From: Leucoraja erinacea
Lineage: Eukaryota
NCBI RefSeq assembly: GCF_028641065.1
Contig: NC_073384.1
Location: forward strand, 43,214,001-43,278,000
DNA length: 64,000 nucleotides
Reading direction: 5' to 3'
Part shown: positions 39,201 to 48,640 of the stretch, in pieces
Position numbering within the stretch: the stretch's first letter is position 1
How the letters are laid out: each line of letters opens with the position of its first letter
The notes under the pieces: model-generated
The model's input: the letters and a program-made list of their open reading frames with translations, nothing else
Database searches by the model: none
What the model was told of the DNA's origin: nothing
Position numbers and translations under genes: made by a program

Positions 39201-41753
39201 GGCTGCTCCAGTGATGCCAGTCTTTTTCATAGACATGTACATGAATTGCTAGGTACCCTAAAGCCATTTAGCCTTTGCTAACTGATTGAGACACCATGTT
39301 GTCTTACAACGGAGGCAAATGCATTTAATTGGTGTTCTGAATATGTATTGGTGTCTATTTACATCCAGCTATTAAGCTATAGAACATGTGTGGGTTTGAG
39401 ATTTGCATCAGTGCACAGCACCCAGGGAGCACGTGAACTTGGAAACATGAACTCTGTTTGATTGTCATGTGTGTGACTGAGTAAGGGTATTGTGTTTTGA
39501 TCAGTGTCAGAGAAAGGTAGTTGGGGGAGATGTGACAATTGAAGGAATGTCTGACCTTGACATGCATGACAAATCGTTGAAATGCTTTGGTGCCACATCC
39601 AGTTCCCTGGGATCGACTCCTAGCTACTTCCTCATCATTGTTTTTCATTGATTGTCTGGAGGCCATCCTGACAACCCAGCGAAGCAATGATTCGCCACTT
39701 CCAACATGACTTCGGGATTGTTCCCTATTTCCAATGCCTGCAGGCTTTCCTTCAATCCCTTCCATATCTATTAACATGCAAAGAAGTATGTTCTGATTTG
39801 GTCTTTTGAATATGTTGGGTCTGAAAAAGAAATCTGAAATCTAACAAATGCCAGAAATGTGCAGTAAGTCAGGCAGCCTCAGTGGAGTGGGGAGCAGACT
39901 GAAGATTTCAAGTAACCTTTGGTTATCCGATTATTTAAAAAATGTTTTTTGGTTGTGAGCAGAGTACTCTTTGAACTATTGTGCTTGAAGGTGTCCAGTT
40001 GTTGCCTTTGTTACATAAATCTATTAATTATTTGAGATCATAAGAAAAGTTGGAACAATTTCTGCTGGAAGTGGGAGATTACTGAAATAGTTTTTTTTTT
40101 TTCCTTCAGGCGTGCAAGAGAAGATGGGTATAATGAACAGAGGCATAGTATATGCTCTATGGGATTATGAGTCCCAATCTGAAGATGAATTATCCTTTAC
40201 AGAAGGTGATTGTATGTCAGTCATCCGACGAGAGGATGAGAAGGAAATTGAATGGTGGTGGGCACGGCTAAACGAAGCTGAAGGCTATGTAGCTCGCAAC
40301 TTACTTGGGGTAAGTTTTTAGCAATGATAACAATGAATTATTAAATGAGAGTGGAGATACAAAAGACTGCTGATGCTGGAATAAATGCAAAAAAAATGTC
40401 ATCATGTGAATTAAATAATTAGCTCGTACACATATTTTCTGAGAAAATAAAATCTCTGTATTTGGGTATTATTAAATATTCATTAATGGAGGCAGAATAG
40501 TAACTGGGAAACAGATTGGCAGGTTCCTCAGGAAATTGTAGAAACAAAGAACTGCAGATGTTGGTAAATACACAAATGGACACACTGCTGGAGTAACTCA
40601 GCAGGTCGGGCAACATCTCTGGAGAACATGGAGAGGTGACGTTTCAGGTCAAGATCCTTCTTTAGCCTCAAGAAGGGTCTCAACCGGAAACGTCACCTAT
40701 CCATGTTCTCCAGTGATGCTGCCTGACCTGCTGAGTTACTCCAGCACTGTGTGTCCTTTTCCTCAAGAAATTGACTGTTAATTTTTACCTTGTGTGTCTG
40801 TCACTGACTAAACCGGTAATTAATATCAGGTTCCAAATACCTTTGTAAACAAAATGATGGCAAAGGAAGTTGGGTAAGAGTGTCCAATGGTTCATATCCA
40901 ATGGTGGTGAAAGAATTATGATATATTTCTAAATGAGGGTGATATGTATCTTGTGGAGTTTGGAGGGAATTGTGTCTCCTTCCTGTACCTTAAAGTGGGC
41001 TTTCACATGGAGCCCTGTCAAACCTCTATTAATTACAACTCGGATCGAGACAGCGCACAAAAACAATCTCGGAGAGCAGTGGTGAATTTCGCAGACGAGT
41101 CAGTTTATTCAAGGCCTCATTGGTATATATTCTGTGAGAGAACCCAGTGCTTCACTGACTCACAGTAGCCAGTCATTTTATATTTTGGATCTCAATGGTT
41201 AGATACAGACTTTAGCTTTTGTAAATAGTTAATCAGTGATCAATGATGCTTTGTTGTCTTTCCTCTTTGTTTACTCCCTCCTAAAGTTAACCTTTAACTT
41301 TCCTCGTTGTTTAAGAAACCATTCTCCCATTGGGTGCAATAAAATGACATCTTATTTCCTGAGCAGTTTAATTGCCCTGTCTGGTCTACAATCTCCAATG
41401 ATTATCATTCTCATCTTAACGTAGCTTTGTAATCTAAACACCTCCTGAAACTAGTTATTGCCTCTCCAATTACCTTTAAGTTACCTTCACTATGTTGACT
41501 TTCCCCATCATGTATGAATGCTGTTGGGTAAAACATATTATAAACGCCCAATTTTCTCATAATTCCAGAAAATCTTCTATAAATTAGAATTTTGATATTC
41601 CCATGCACCAGCTACCATTTTCCTTGTCGTAGATTTTGTAGGTCTGGGAGGGTGGTCTGTTAGTGTATTCTCCTGCAATTCTAATCTCACAATTTGCTTT
41701 GTATTTTACAGCTTTATCCAAGAATTAAACCAAGACAGCGAAGCCTGGCATGA
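100..41753 (+). CDS. TP53BP2: TP53BP2 / ASPP2 (apoptosis-stimulating of p53 protein 2); 5'-partial gene span with 15 coding exons in the window
   Basis: The exons splice in frame with GT-AG boundaries. The protein matches ASPP2 motifs: [47 protein letters not shown], the RVKF PP1 motif, ankyrin repeats, SH3 and C-terminal [13 protein letters not shown]. Confidence 0.97.
526..2150 (+). mobile_element. Decayed CR1 LINE RT fragment interrupted by a MITE at 1025-2052
   Basis: [10 protein letters not shown]...VTSGMP...INDLDE...ISKFA; the sequence resumes after the insertion with [20 protein letters not shown]. Confidence 0.85.
1025..2052. mobile_element. Non-autonomous Tc1/mariner/pogo-type DNA transposon (MITE) with a GC-rich repetitive core
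   Basis: 22-bp TIR CAGGTGCACAACCTTTTATCCG (1025-1046 and 2031-2052) and a TA target duplication at 1023-1024 and 2053-2054. No transposase. Confidence 0.9.
3030..6175 (-). mobile_element. Full-length Ingi/Vingi-like non-LTR retrotransposon (APE + RT + CCHC, frameshifted)
   Basis: 11-bp TSD AAATCATTCAT at 3019-3029 and 6176-6186, and an (AAG)n-type 3' tail. A single ORF from ATG 6064 is broken by frameshifts and encodes APE (LNVEG, LQETH, GDFNSH), RT ([12 protein letters not shown]) and a C-terminal [16 protein letters not shown]. No ORF1 or RNase H is seen. The clade was assigned from recalled motifs. Confidence 0.85.
6101..6174 (-). ncRNA. HDV-like (CPEB3-like) self-cleaving ribozyme at the 5' end of the LINE
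   Basis: GGGGGUC AA GGUAGAA GCG UUCACGU UGC GAUCCCC GU CAAGUAAU AUCACCAAA AUUACUUG CGAA UUCUACC. P1, P2, P3 and P4 all pair in HDV order, with J4/2 CGAA (putative catalytic C at 6111). Confidence 0.9.
6775..7064 (-). mobile_element. tRNA-derived elasmobranch SINE (HE1/V-SINE-like)
   Basis: tRNA-like head, a conserved central domain (GTTTCCTCCCACATTCCAAA) and a CR1-like 3' tail ending in (TAAAC)n. Confidence 0.75.
8790..9390 (-). mobile_element. Decayed Rex1/Babar-like LINE 3' fragment
   Basis: The minus strand reads [35 protein letters not shown], a typical Rex-Babar C-terminal motif. Confidence 0.6.
9453..9554 (+). CDS. TP53BP2: TP53BP2 coding exon ([34 protein letters not shown])
   Basis: ttttcag acceptor, gtacac donor, 102 nt, ASPP2 coiled-coil sequence. 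Confidence 0.96.
9781..9952 (+). CDS. TP53BP2: TP53BP2 coding exon ([10 protein letters not shown]...RLSNGKL)
   Basis: cttag acceptor, gtgagt donor, 172 nt, in frame with neighbours. Confidence 0.95.
10316..10416 (+). repeat. Penelope-derived short repeat with a hammerhead-like core
   Basis: CTGAAGA-A-GGGT-TTCG-GCCC-GAAAC-GTT. Related copies lie near 2201, 15538, 19935, 20765, 26010 (-), 40575 (inverted pair) and 43530 (-). Confidence 0.65.
12554..12735 (+). CDS. TP53BP2: TP53BP2 coding exon ([17 protein letters not shown]...LDRLYKELQ)
   Basis: tttcag acceptor, gtaatg donor, 182 nt; overlaps ORF 12571-12753. Confidence 0.96.
12925..13152 (-). mobile_element. HE1-like SINE fragment
   Basis: Same central domain and tail as 6775-7064. 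Confidence 0.65.
13743..13907 (+). CDS. TP53BP2: TP53BP2 coding exon ([14 protein letters not shown]...[15 protein letters not shown])
   Basis: ttag acceptor, gttggt donor, 165 nt. Confidence 0.95.
14500..15180 (-). mobile_element. Decayed CR1 3' fragment
   Basis: [28 protein letters not shown]. Confidence 0.7.
15201..15283. repeat. (CT)n microsatellite
   Basis: Imperfect CT dinucleotide run, directly visible. Confidence 0.95.
15799..16027 (+). CDS. TP53BP2: TP53BP2 coding exon ([10 protein letters not shown]...[17 protein letters not shown]...)
   Basis: tag acceptor, gtaagc donor, 229 nt; contains the ASPP2 [10 protein letters not shown] motif. Confidence 0.94.
16178..16251. repeat. 34-bp-arm inverted repeat (hairpin) with a 6-nt loop
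   Basis: 16178-16211 pairs with 16218-16251. The only two non-Watson-Crick positions are U-G wobbles on the + strand. Confidence 0.9.
16478..16730 (+). mobile_element. HE1-like SINE
   Basis: tRNA-like head GGCACAGTGGTGCAGC...GGTTAGAACC plus the V-SINE-like core. Confidence 0.7.
18120..18284 (+). CDS. TP53BP2: Probable TP53BP2 coding exon in the poorly conserved linker ([10 protein letters not shown]...AVPTAGQ)
   Basis: Strong pyrimidine tract plus tag acceptor and gtaaca donor. The 165-nt exon is open and phase 1-1, fitting between its neighbours. Sequence similarity to ASPP2 is weak. Confidence 0.7.
19490..19925 (+). mobile_element. Old CR1 3' fragment
   Basis: Degenerate LYKILVRP / [10 protein letters not shown]-type sequence. 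Confidence 0.6.
20507..20765 (+). mobile_element. Young CR1 3' end with a (TTATATGG)n tail, inserted in a Penelope-derived repeat
   Basis: [17 protein letters not shown]; near-identical to 48433-48640 and similar to 60025-60280. Confidence 0.85.
21098..21249 (+). CDS. TP53BP2: TP53BP2 coding exon ([21 protein letters not shown]...[15 protein letters not shown])
   Basis: aacag acceptor, gtacaa donor, 152 nt; contains the LRKNQSSED motif. Confidence 0.93.
23022..23412 (-). mobile_element. 5'-truncated L1/Tx1-like element with a poly(A) tail
   Basis: 12-bp TSD TGAGTTAAGGTT (23010-23021 and 23413-23424), poly-T at the left end and ORF end [12 protein letters not shown]. Confidence 0.75.
23604..24048 (+). 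CDS. TP53BP2: TP53BP2 coding exon ([12 protein letters not shown]...[12 protein letters not shown])
   Basis: tttcag acceptor, gtaagt donor, 445 nt. Confidence 0.96.
24465..24926 (+). mobile_element. CR1 3' fragment
   Basis: [16 protein letters not shown]...SRGHSLR, followed by a TTTCTATG tail. Confidence 0.85.
26150..26400 (-). mobile_element. Penelope GIY-YIG C-terminal fragment
   Basis: [31 protein letters not shown], homologous to the element at 31690-32940. Confidence 0.75.
27175..27968 (+). CDS. TP53BP2: TP53BP2 large proline-rich coding exon
   Basis: ttgcag acceptor, gtgagt donor, 794 nt; encodes [40 protein letters not shown] and [12 protein letters not shown]. Confidence 0.97.
28140..28570 (-). 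mobile_element. CR1 3' fragment
   Basis: Reverse complement of the family seen at 24465-24926, with an (ATAGAAAC)n tail at the left end. Confidence 0.85.
28590..31610 (-). mobile_element. Decayed CR1 ORF2 with a nested + strand CR1
   Basis: Minus-strand ORFs with [37 protein letters not shown] and [12 protein letters not shown]. Confidence 0.9.
29834..30453 (+). mobile_element. Internally deleted CR1 nested in an older CR1
   Basis: [22 protein letters not shown] and KFADDTKL. The sequence jumps from EVLLQL directly to the 3' UTR at about 30373 and ends in a (CTATTGT)n tail. Confidence 0.85.
31690..32940 (+). mobile_element. Penelope-like element fragment (RT + GIY-YIG endonuclease)
   Basis: YLRYIDD RT motif; [36 protein letters not shown] motif; frameshifted. 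Confidence 0.92.
33784..33921 (+). CDS. TP53BP2: TP53BP2 coding exon (GKRTNL...[30 protein letters not shown])
   Basis: ttag acceptor, gtacgt donor, 138 nt; PP1-binding RVKF motif and start of the ankyrin region. Confidence 0.97.
34768..34901 (+). CDS. TP53BP2: TP53BP2 ankyrin exon ([23 protein letters not shown]...[10 protein letters not shown])
   Basis: atag acceptor, gtaagt donor, 134 nt. Confidence 0.97.
35190..35830 (-). mobile_element. CR1 3' fragment
   Basis: ORF 35264-35773: [15 protein letters not shown]...[12 protein letters not shown]. Confidence 0.9.
35938..36092 (+). mobile_element. HE1-like SINE 5' half
   Basis: tRNA-like head with a TTCGATCC B-box-like sequence and the conserved core. 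Confidence 0.7.
36640..37505 (-). mobile_element. CR1 3' fragment
   Basis: Homologous to 28590-29500 and to the reverse complement of 60750-61390. Confidence 0.8.
38289..38455 (+). CDS. TP53BP2: TP53BP2 ankyrin exon ([23 protein letters not shown]...CSQFLY)
   Basis: ttag acceptor, gtatgt donor, 167 nt. Confidence 0.97.
38495..38785 (+). mobile_element. CR1 3' fragment
   Basis: [16 protein letters not shown]-type sequence and a CR1 3' tail. Confidence 0.7.
40110..40309 (+). CDS. TP53BP2: TP53BP2 SH3 exon ([20 protein letters not shown]...EWWWARL...GYVARNLLG)
   Basis: ttcag acceptor, gtaagt donor, 200 nt; SH3 ALWDY and WWW motifs. Confidence 0.97.
40575..40757. repeat. Inverted pair of Penelope-derived repeats forming an approximately 85-bp-arm hairpin
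   Basis: GCTGGAGTAACTCAGCAGGTC...GGTGACGTTTC versus GAAACGTCACC...GACCTGCTGAGTTACTCCAGC. Confidence 0.8.
41712..41753 (+). CDS. TP53BP2: TP53BP2 last coding exon ([13 protein letters not shown])
   Basis: ttacag acceptor, TGA at 41751-41753; canonical ASPP2 C-terminus. Confidence 0.96.
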   Translation, partial: LYPRIKPRQRSLA

Positions 41754-43110
41754 AATAAATACCAGAAAACATTACAGATAACTACTATAAAACTTTGTAT
41801 GTTTTTTTAAGGTAGTTGTAGCAATCCGGATCCAACAGAATGTTTGCAATAAAATGCTGATCTCCAGACTTACATGAAGGACAATTCAATTTACACTAAA
41901 TATGCTTCTATAATGAAGTTAGCTATTTCTGTTCAGTGTTAATGATCACCTAATACAAAGGGTGAACAGGGTTTTTTTGAAAAGTGTGTATTTTAATGGA
42001 CAATAATATTAGCTTAGAATATTTTAAATGTCTATGCAGGCAGTAAAGATGGTTTGGTGAAAAAATCAAGCTTATTTTGTCTCCCCATGATCGCTATTTT
42101 TAAAATCAAAGTATTTGTTATTGCATTTGTTATATTTGGAGGATGTTATCCAGAAGTTGTATAATAACTGTAATTTCTCTTTTTAATTGAAATCTGTAGA
42201 GGAAATATAAAGTAGAATATTTAGTCAGCAAATATGCGTTAGTTTTAACAGATACAAGCCAGGCTACAGAAAGTCGATGCCTTCGGCTTTGTAGTATTCC
42301 AACATTTTCATCTTGATATTTTACTCTTGAATATGAAGCATTGCAAAACATGCAGATAGGGTTTTGAGGGTAGTTCAAAAAAAATCAAAACATTTTTGAT
42401 ACTTTCCCAGACGGTCTATCGGATGAAGCATAAAATTACTTTGAGGATGACTCTAGTTTGTCCCTTTTAACTCTTTTTAGCACGGGCTACTATGTGTCGC
42501 CTTTATTAATGAAGAATTTCATGTATTGTTCTGATTTCTATATATTATGATAATTGCAGAAGTAATATTTTGTATTTCTCAATAAACCCAATATGAGGAT
42601 AAAATTAAGTGCAGTCTTTTTCAATATGATAAATGTAATGTTATGGTTTTAAATTATTTTCCACTTCTCTTCCGCCCATGAGAAATAGTCGAGTATCTAC
42701 TTAGTATGGTCCAAAACTATTAACATTGTATGTATTAATATGTTTAAGAATTACTGAACATTAACGATAAGTATTTTATTACTGGGAGTTTAATTCCTTG
42801 TATAGATCTGTAAACTCTATGAAACACCCATGCCATTGTGTGTTGGACAACTTTTGTTTGCCCATTTTCAAGAGATCTGTGATGTTACCTGTTTAATAAT
42901 GTTTATGTAAGATGTATTAAATCTTGTGCCGACAACAACTACATTTTGCCCCACACTCCTGTACCACTGTAGAGTGATTCATTACTTAATGTGTCACCTC
43001 CTGTATTTTGCCTAACACTAAATAATTGAGCTACAGATTCAAGCATGTTAATTTTCTTTCTTGGAAGCTGACAGCTATACCTGAATAAAAACTATGAATT
43101 TTAGGTTTTA
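41754..43110 (+). other. Probable TP53BP2 3' UTR with candidate poly(A) signals AATAAA at 42581 and 43084
   Basis: AT-rich, repeat-free sequence after the stop with AATAAA hexamers. The true 3' end cannot be determined from sequence alone. Confidence 0.55.
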
Positions 43111-43919
43111 ACCTATTTCTTTAAAAAATTTCAAGACAAAGGTGAAGCACTTTTTTTTTTTAAAGGACAGCTAAATAAGATTGAAAGAAAACTAGTATGA
43201 TGACCACTGCAGCAAGGAACCATGCCATGAAAATTCATTGCAGAAAAGTCGTTAATATATATCAAAAATGTAAACATTTTGCAGTTTATATTTGTTGGGT
43301 ATGTCATTCAGCTCCTCAACCCGGTTAAATCATTCAAATAATAGTTGATAGGCATGGCACCTCTGTACCAATTCTCTCCAGAGATGCTGCCTGTCACGCT
43401 GAGTTACTCGGACATTTTGTGTCGACCCTCTATTCCAATTGCCTGCTTTGAGTGCATCTATTAACCATTAAACAATTATACATACTTTAACACGATCTAC
43501 AAAAGCTGGTTTTCCAAAAAAAAAAGACAGTGCTGGAATAACTCAGCAGGTCAGACAGCAATTTTGGACAACATGGGTAGGTGATGTTTCGGATCAGGAC
43601 CCTTCTTCAGACTCATCAAAAACTCGCAGTCTCAGTTTTGAGGCTCTTCATTGATTTGGGCTGAACATCATTTTGGTGAAAGACTAAAAGATATGCACGA
43701 TTCAAGAAATGCTGCATGGCCTCTAAACCGATGTGAAGTAGAGAAAAAATAGTTTTATTTACACTGTCTAATCCTATAATTGTTTTAAACACCTAGAGCA
43801 TGTCATCCCATTGCATTCTATATTGTAGAGAGTACAAATCTAGACCATGCAATTGGATCTTGCAAATTGTAATCCAGCCTTTTCCCTAAAGTCTGGTTTC
43901 TTTCTGACAGTCCTTCCAA

Positions 43920-44642
43920 CGCTATCATGCCCTGTTTGCGGTGCAATGCTCAGAATCGGCGCGACCGACATTGCAGCGGCCTCTGCAGTCTGTCTGGTTT
44001 GTTTTTTTTGTCCCGTTGAGGGTATAGTTTGTAGTGGGCTTTTAAATGTGTATGTGGGGGGTGGTAGGGGAAACTTTTAAATCTCTTTCCTGTATGGGGA
44101 CCCGACCTTTTCCTTGTCGGGTCTCAGTTGTCGTTGGGGCCTAGCACAGTGGAGCGGCCGCCAACTGGAACGACCTGGGGGCTCAAGTCACGGAGCAGGC
44201 GGAGCCGGCGGACCTACCACCGTGGAGCTGGCCGGCTTCGGAGCGTGGAGAGCTGCGGTGGTGCGCTGCTGCGACCAGAGTCCGGTGGATGGTGACACTG
44301 GGAGCTCGCAGGTCCCCGGTGGGAGACTGCTTTGCGGGGCACGGGCAATGGCGACGTCTCCCGCTCGAATTGCGGGGTTGAGAGTGACCTGGAGCGGGGC
44401 CTTACATCGCCTGGTGCGGCTTTAAATGGCCGCGGACTTGCTAGCCTTTGACTTTGACATCGGAAGAAGAACGGAGAGCATGGGAGAGACAAGACTTTGT
44501 CTTCCATCACAGTGAGGAGGAGATTCACTGTGATGGATGTTTGTGTAAAATGTGTTGGTGTGTGTCTTGGTTCTTTTTTTGTATGGCTGCAGAAACAAAA
44601 AATTTTGTTTGAACCTCATGTGAGGGTATTGTATTGTATTGA
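43920..44642 (+). repeat. Unclassified GC/CpG-rich interspersed repeat with a (GTATT)n tail
   Basis: Abrupt GC-rich block ending in gtattgtattgtattg, a retroposon-like tail. No recognisable ORF. Confidence 0.35.
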
Positions 44643-44774
44643 ACTCCGTCTTCCTGAGTCTTCGAGACATGTTGGCATTGTTTGTAAATCTGCAAACCTG
44701 CCTCATTTACCAACAGTGTGGGGAGGAATGAATAGTCTACAGAAGGTGGGGGTACTATTGCTCATTTTGGTTGT

Positions 44775-45700
44775 AGTCAAGTCAAGTCACTTTTATTTAT
44801 ATAGCACATTTGAAAAACAACTCTGGCCAAAGTGCTTTACATTGGTATAAGAATAGTATAAAAAACAACAGTGGTTCATAGATTAAAAACAAACATCACT
44901 ACATACACATAGCCCTCGCTCAGAGGACGTCAAGAAAGGCTTGGGAGATGAGTTTTAAGTCTCGACTTTAAGGAGTCGATGGAGGGGGCAGTTCTGATGG
45001 GAAGAGGGATGCTGTTCCACAGTCTAGGAGCTGCAACCGCAAAGGCGCGGTCGCCCCTGAGCTTATGCCTGGACCGCGGGATGTTCAGTAACCCCAAGTC
45101 GGCCAATCTGACGGACCTAGAGGTTGTGTGGTGGGTAAGCACTTTTGATGTAGGTGGGGGCAATCCCATTGAGGGCTTTGTAAACAAAGGAGGATCTTGA
45201 AATATATTCGGAACCGCACAGGGAGCTAGTGGAGAGAGACCAGGATCGGGGTGATGTGGTCCCTTTTTCGGGTGCCCGTCGGGTGTCTCACTGCGGTGTT
45301 TTGGACCAGTTACTGGCAGGACGGAAGATTGGCTGATGCCAGTGTACAGGGAGTTGCAGTAATCTAGGCGGGAGGAGATGTGTGGATGACCTTTTCGAGG
45401 TCATCAAACTGGAGGAATTGTTTTATTTTAGCTATCTTCCGAAACTGAAAGAAGCTAGCTTTTACCACGGCATTGACTTGTTTGTCAAATTTCAATGCTG
45501 AGTCAAATATCACACCAAGGTTTTTGATGCGAGGTTTGAGTAGTGGGGTAAGGTTTCCAAGGCTGCCTGCTATCATTTTGATTGAGTCCGAGGGGCCGAG
45601 AAGGATGACCTCAGACTTACTCTCGTTTAGTTGGAGAAATGTCTAGGCCATCCAACACTTTATATCCTCGAGGCAGTGGATAAGGTTAAGCAGATTTGAT
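44775..45700 (-). mobile_element. L2-clade LINE 3' fragment
   Basis: IKNLGVIFDSALKFDKQVNAVVKASFF and GDRAFAVAAPRLWNSIP...LKSRLKTHL, with a (TTGAC)n tail. Confidence 0.85.
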
Positions 45701-46421
45701 TGGTTTTTGGGCTTCAGTGGGTTGTATTAATGTTTTTCTGCCCTGCCTTCATTTGGCAGTCTGAGGAATCCCGAGTCAGTCATACTTGCCTTTCATTGCA
45801 CTCACTAGGAACTAATTTTGTAAAACTGTTCCATTACGTTAATTGTGATTTTTTTTTCATGTGTTCAAAGGAGCTTAAGGATGACAAAGACAAATTTTAA
45901 CAAATGGACTTAATATTATTACTGTCTACTTTTTAAATACATGTAAAACATGCTGATTTCTGCAGCAAAAATCTTACAAGCTGCATGCTGCACCTGCATC
46001 ACCCTTATTCTGGACAATAATTTAGCACAATCTCATTTTACTACAAATAATGATTACCCCCCCACCCCACAAAGAGCAAAGTAAAACCAATAATTTTATT
46101 TTGCACGCTGGCATCAGAATCTTTTAATTAGGATGTAAAGTGACATGTTTTGTTATTTTTTGTTACTTCATGTTTCCATATTGAAATCAATGAGCATGAA
46201 CAGGAATGTGTGTTGTGAATTTTAGGTGAGAGGTTCATCTCAAAAATATATTTGTTGTAAGGAAATGATCACATTGTTGATTGGTGGATTTTCTAAAAAT
46301 ATGTCGTGTTCAGAAAGGTTGTTGATCGATGTCCAGTACTGGAAGCTAATGGTGCTCTGCCATATCTCTGGGGACTGTTCTTTGAGTTGCTTTCAAATGT
46401 TTTTTGAAATGTAATTCAGTA

Positions 46422-47278
46422 CTAGACTAGGTGAGACCCGTTGGGTCCCAGTCACACGGGGGGAGGAGAAATAGTGGGCAGGAAGGAATGTGAGTGGGGA
46501 GAGGGGGCTTGGAGAAACGACGGGGTAAGAGTCATGGGGAGAGGGGGGGGGGGGTATCATGGGGGAGGGGGGCAGGAGCCAGTGAGGGGAACCAGAGGGG
46601 AAGAGGCTGGCGCTGGGGGGTGGTGCGATGGAGATCACAGCAGGCGGATCAGTAACTGGTCGCTCTCCTTCATCGGGATCAGATTCTCCGCTTTCCGATT
46701 TGGCCGACATCTCCGGCTCCGCTACACTTCCGATCCATCCAATAATTGTGTTCGGTTGGAGACCCTCCCCCCTCTCCCACTCCCCCATCCCACTCCCCTA
46801 CTCTCCCTCGCCTTCCCCCACTTTCCCCTCCCTACCCCCTCCATTCCTTCTCGCCCCCTGCTCCCCCACTCACCTCCCCCCTATCCCACCCCCCACCCCC
46901 CCACAATGAAAATCACAGTGTTTTATTTTCATGAAACCGTCCCCCAAGAATTGGATTAAAACTGAGTTTTTTTAGAAAATTGTAATTTATGTAAATGAGA
47001 TTCGGGATCCCATTGTGACGTCATTGTGATGTCAAACATGGCTGATGTGCAGGCCAAGTGGAAAAATGGTTTGAAAAGTGTTTTTTGTAAAGTTTAAAAT
47101 GTCAATAACTTGTAAAATAAATCTGAACGAAACTTTAGTTTCTTTTACATCACAGGACAATGGTGAATAAGGTGGGCCAAAAATTGTTGCGCTATTGTGT
47201 ACCAATTTGGCGGGGTTTTTGAATATTGCGCATACACACAAACAAATAAGATGTGAGTTTTGGTAATATAATAATAGA
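46422..47278 (-). mobile_element. Non-autonomous Helitron
   Basis: The minus strand starts TC (A|TCTATT...) and ends with hairpin GACCC-AAC-GGGTC followed by CTAG|T. It is inserted between A and T with no TSD. Confidence 0.8.
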
Positions 47279-48432
47279 TGGTCATGGTATTGATCGTGTT
47301 ACTGGAACCATGTGTATTTATTTGTATGTATTGAAAAATGCCTCTTGAAGTTAGCTAGGGCACAATAATTAGTAATAACAATGTTCAGGCATGTATCTAA
47401 TTATTTAACTGTTTTATTGAATTATATTACATCAGTTTTCCCACATTAAAAGCTATGAATCCCAACTATATAAAGCAGTGATTATTATTGGGGGTAGATT
47501 AAGCAATTATTGAATTAATTAAAAATGGCAATCAAGAAAGCTAGAAATTGCTCCATTTTATCTTATCTTGTAAGTTGACAGCTTTTTGTTTTAGTACTTT
47601 TGCCATGTCAGAAATAAACAAGTTAGGCCATTGACTGTTTAATTGACAAAATTATCTGCATGCATTATGACCCAAAAAAATCAACCGGCAAAAGATGTGT
47701 CATTTGCTCTTGTGCCAGAGTTACTTGTTGAATCATTTGATTTCCATTGTTGTGTATAGAGAAATGAAGGCATAAAAGGCCAGTACTAGCATCAATTTCA
47801 ATAAAAGTTAGTGGTAATCGTTGAGTAGCACTTTAACACTGTGGACAGTAATGTGTGCATGGGTGTGATATCATGGAATTTTCTCCTCAATGTTCCTGTA
47901 CATCAAATTAGTGGCTTTACCACTCCACTCTCAAAATCCAGTTCCATTAACTTCAAAGTGATTGTTGTATAATAGTATTTTTCAATGCTGCTTTTGCAGT
48001 TTTAAAATATGTTTTTAGTTTTAAATAAGGTCATTCGTCAGGACTCTCCAAATGAGATAGAATAGTGACAATACACTTTCAATTTTAAGATTTTTTGAAT
48101 TATGCACCTCTGCAATGTAAATAAAATTAATGCAATGTTCATGCTTTTATTTTAGTGTAAAAGTATCAAAACACCAAGTATGACAGTAACTTTATGCTCA
48201 GTGTGCATTATAAGAGACCTGCTGGAAGATGAAATATAATCCTATTATGACAAGACCGTTAATCTATGAGATTATATGCCATTGAATGAAGGACCAAGTG
48301 CTATATGTTTAAAGGAAAAGTTTGCATTTGAGATATATAGGTCTGATGTTAATGGTCTAGCAGAAGATGCTGATTATCACAACAGCACCACATACTTGGG
48401 AAAACCGTTAAGAAGAGAAATACTGCGCTAAG

Positions 48433-48640
48433 GAATGAGCTTCCAGTGAAGGTGGTGGAGGCAGGTTCGTTTTTATCTTTTAAAAATAAATTGGATAGTT
48501 ATATGGACGGGATGGGAATGGAAGGTTATGGTCTGAGCGCAGGTATATGGGACTAGGGGAGATTATGTGTTCGGCATGGACTAGAAGGGTCGAGATGGCC
48601 TGTTTCCGTGCTGTAAATTGTTATATGTTATATGGTTATA
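48433..48640 (+). mobile_element. Young CR1 3' end
   Basis: Near-identical to 20560-20765. Confidence 0.85.

Noticed and set aside
46393-46959. Gly-rich and Pro-rich ORFs
   Set aside because: They are translations of low-complexity G and C runs inside the Helitron.
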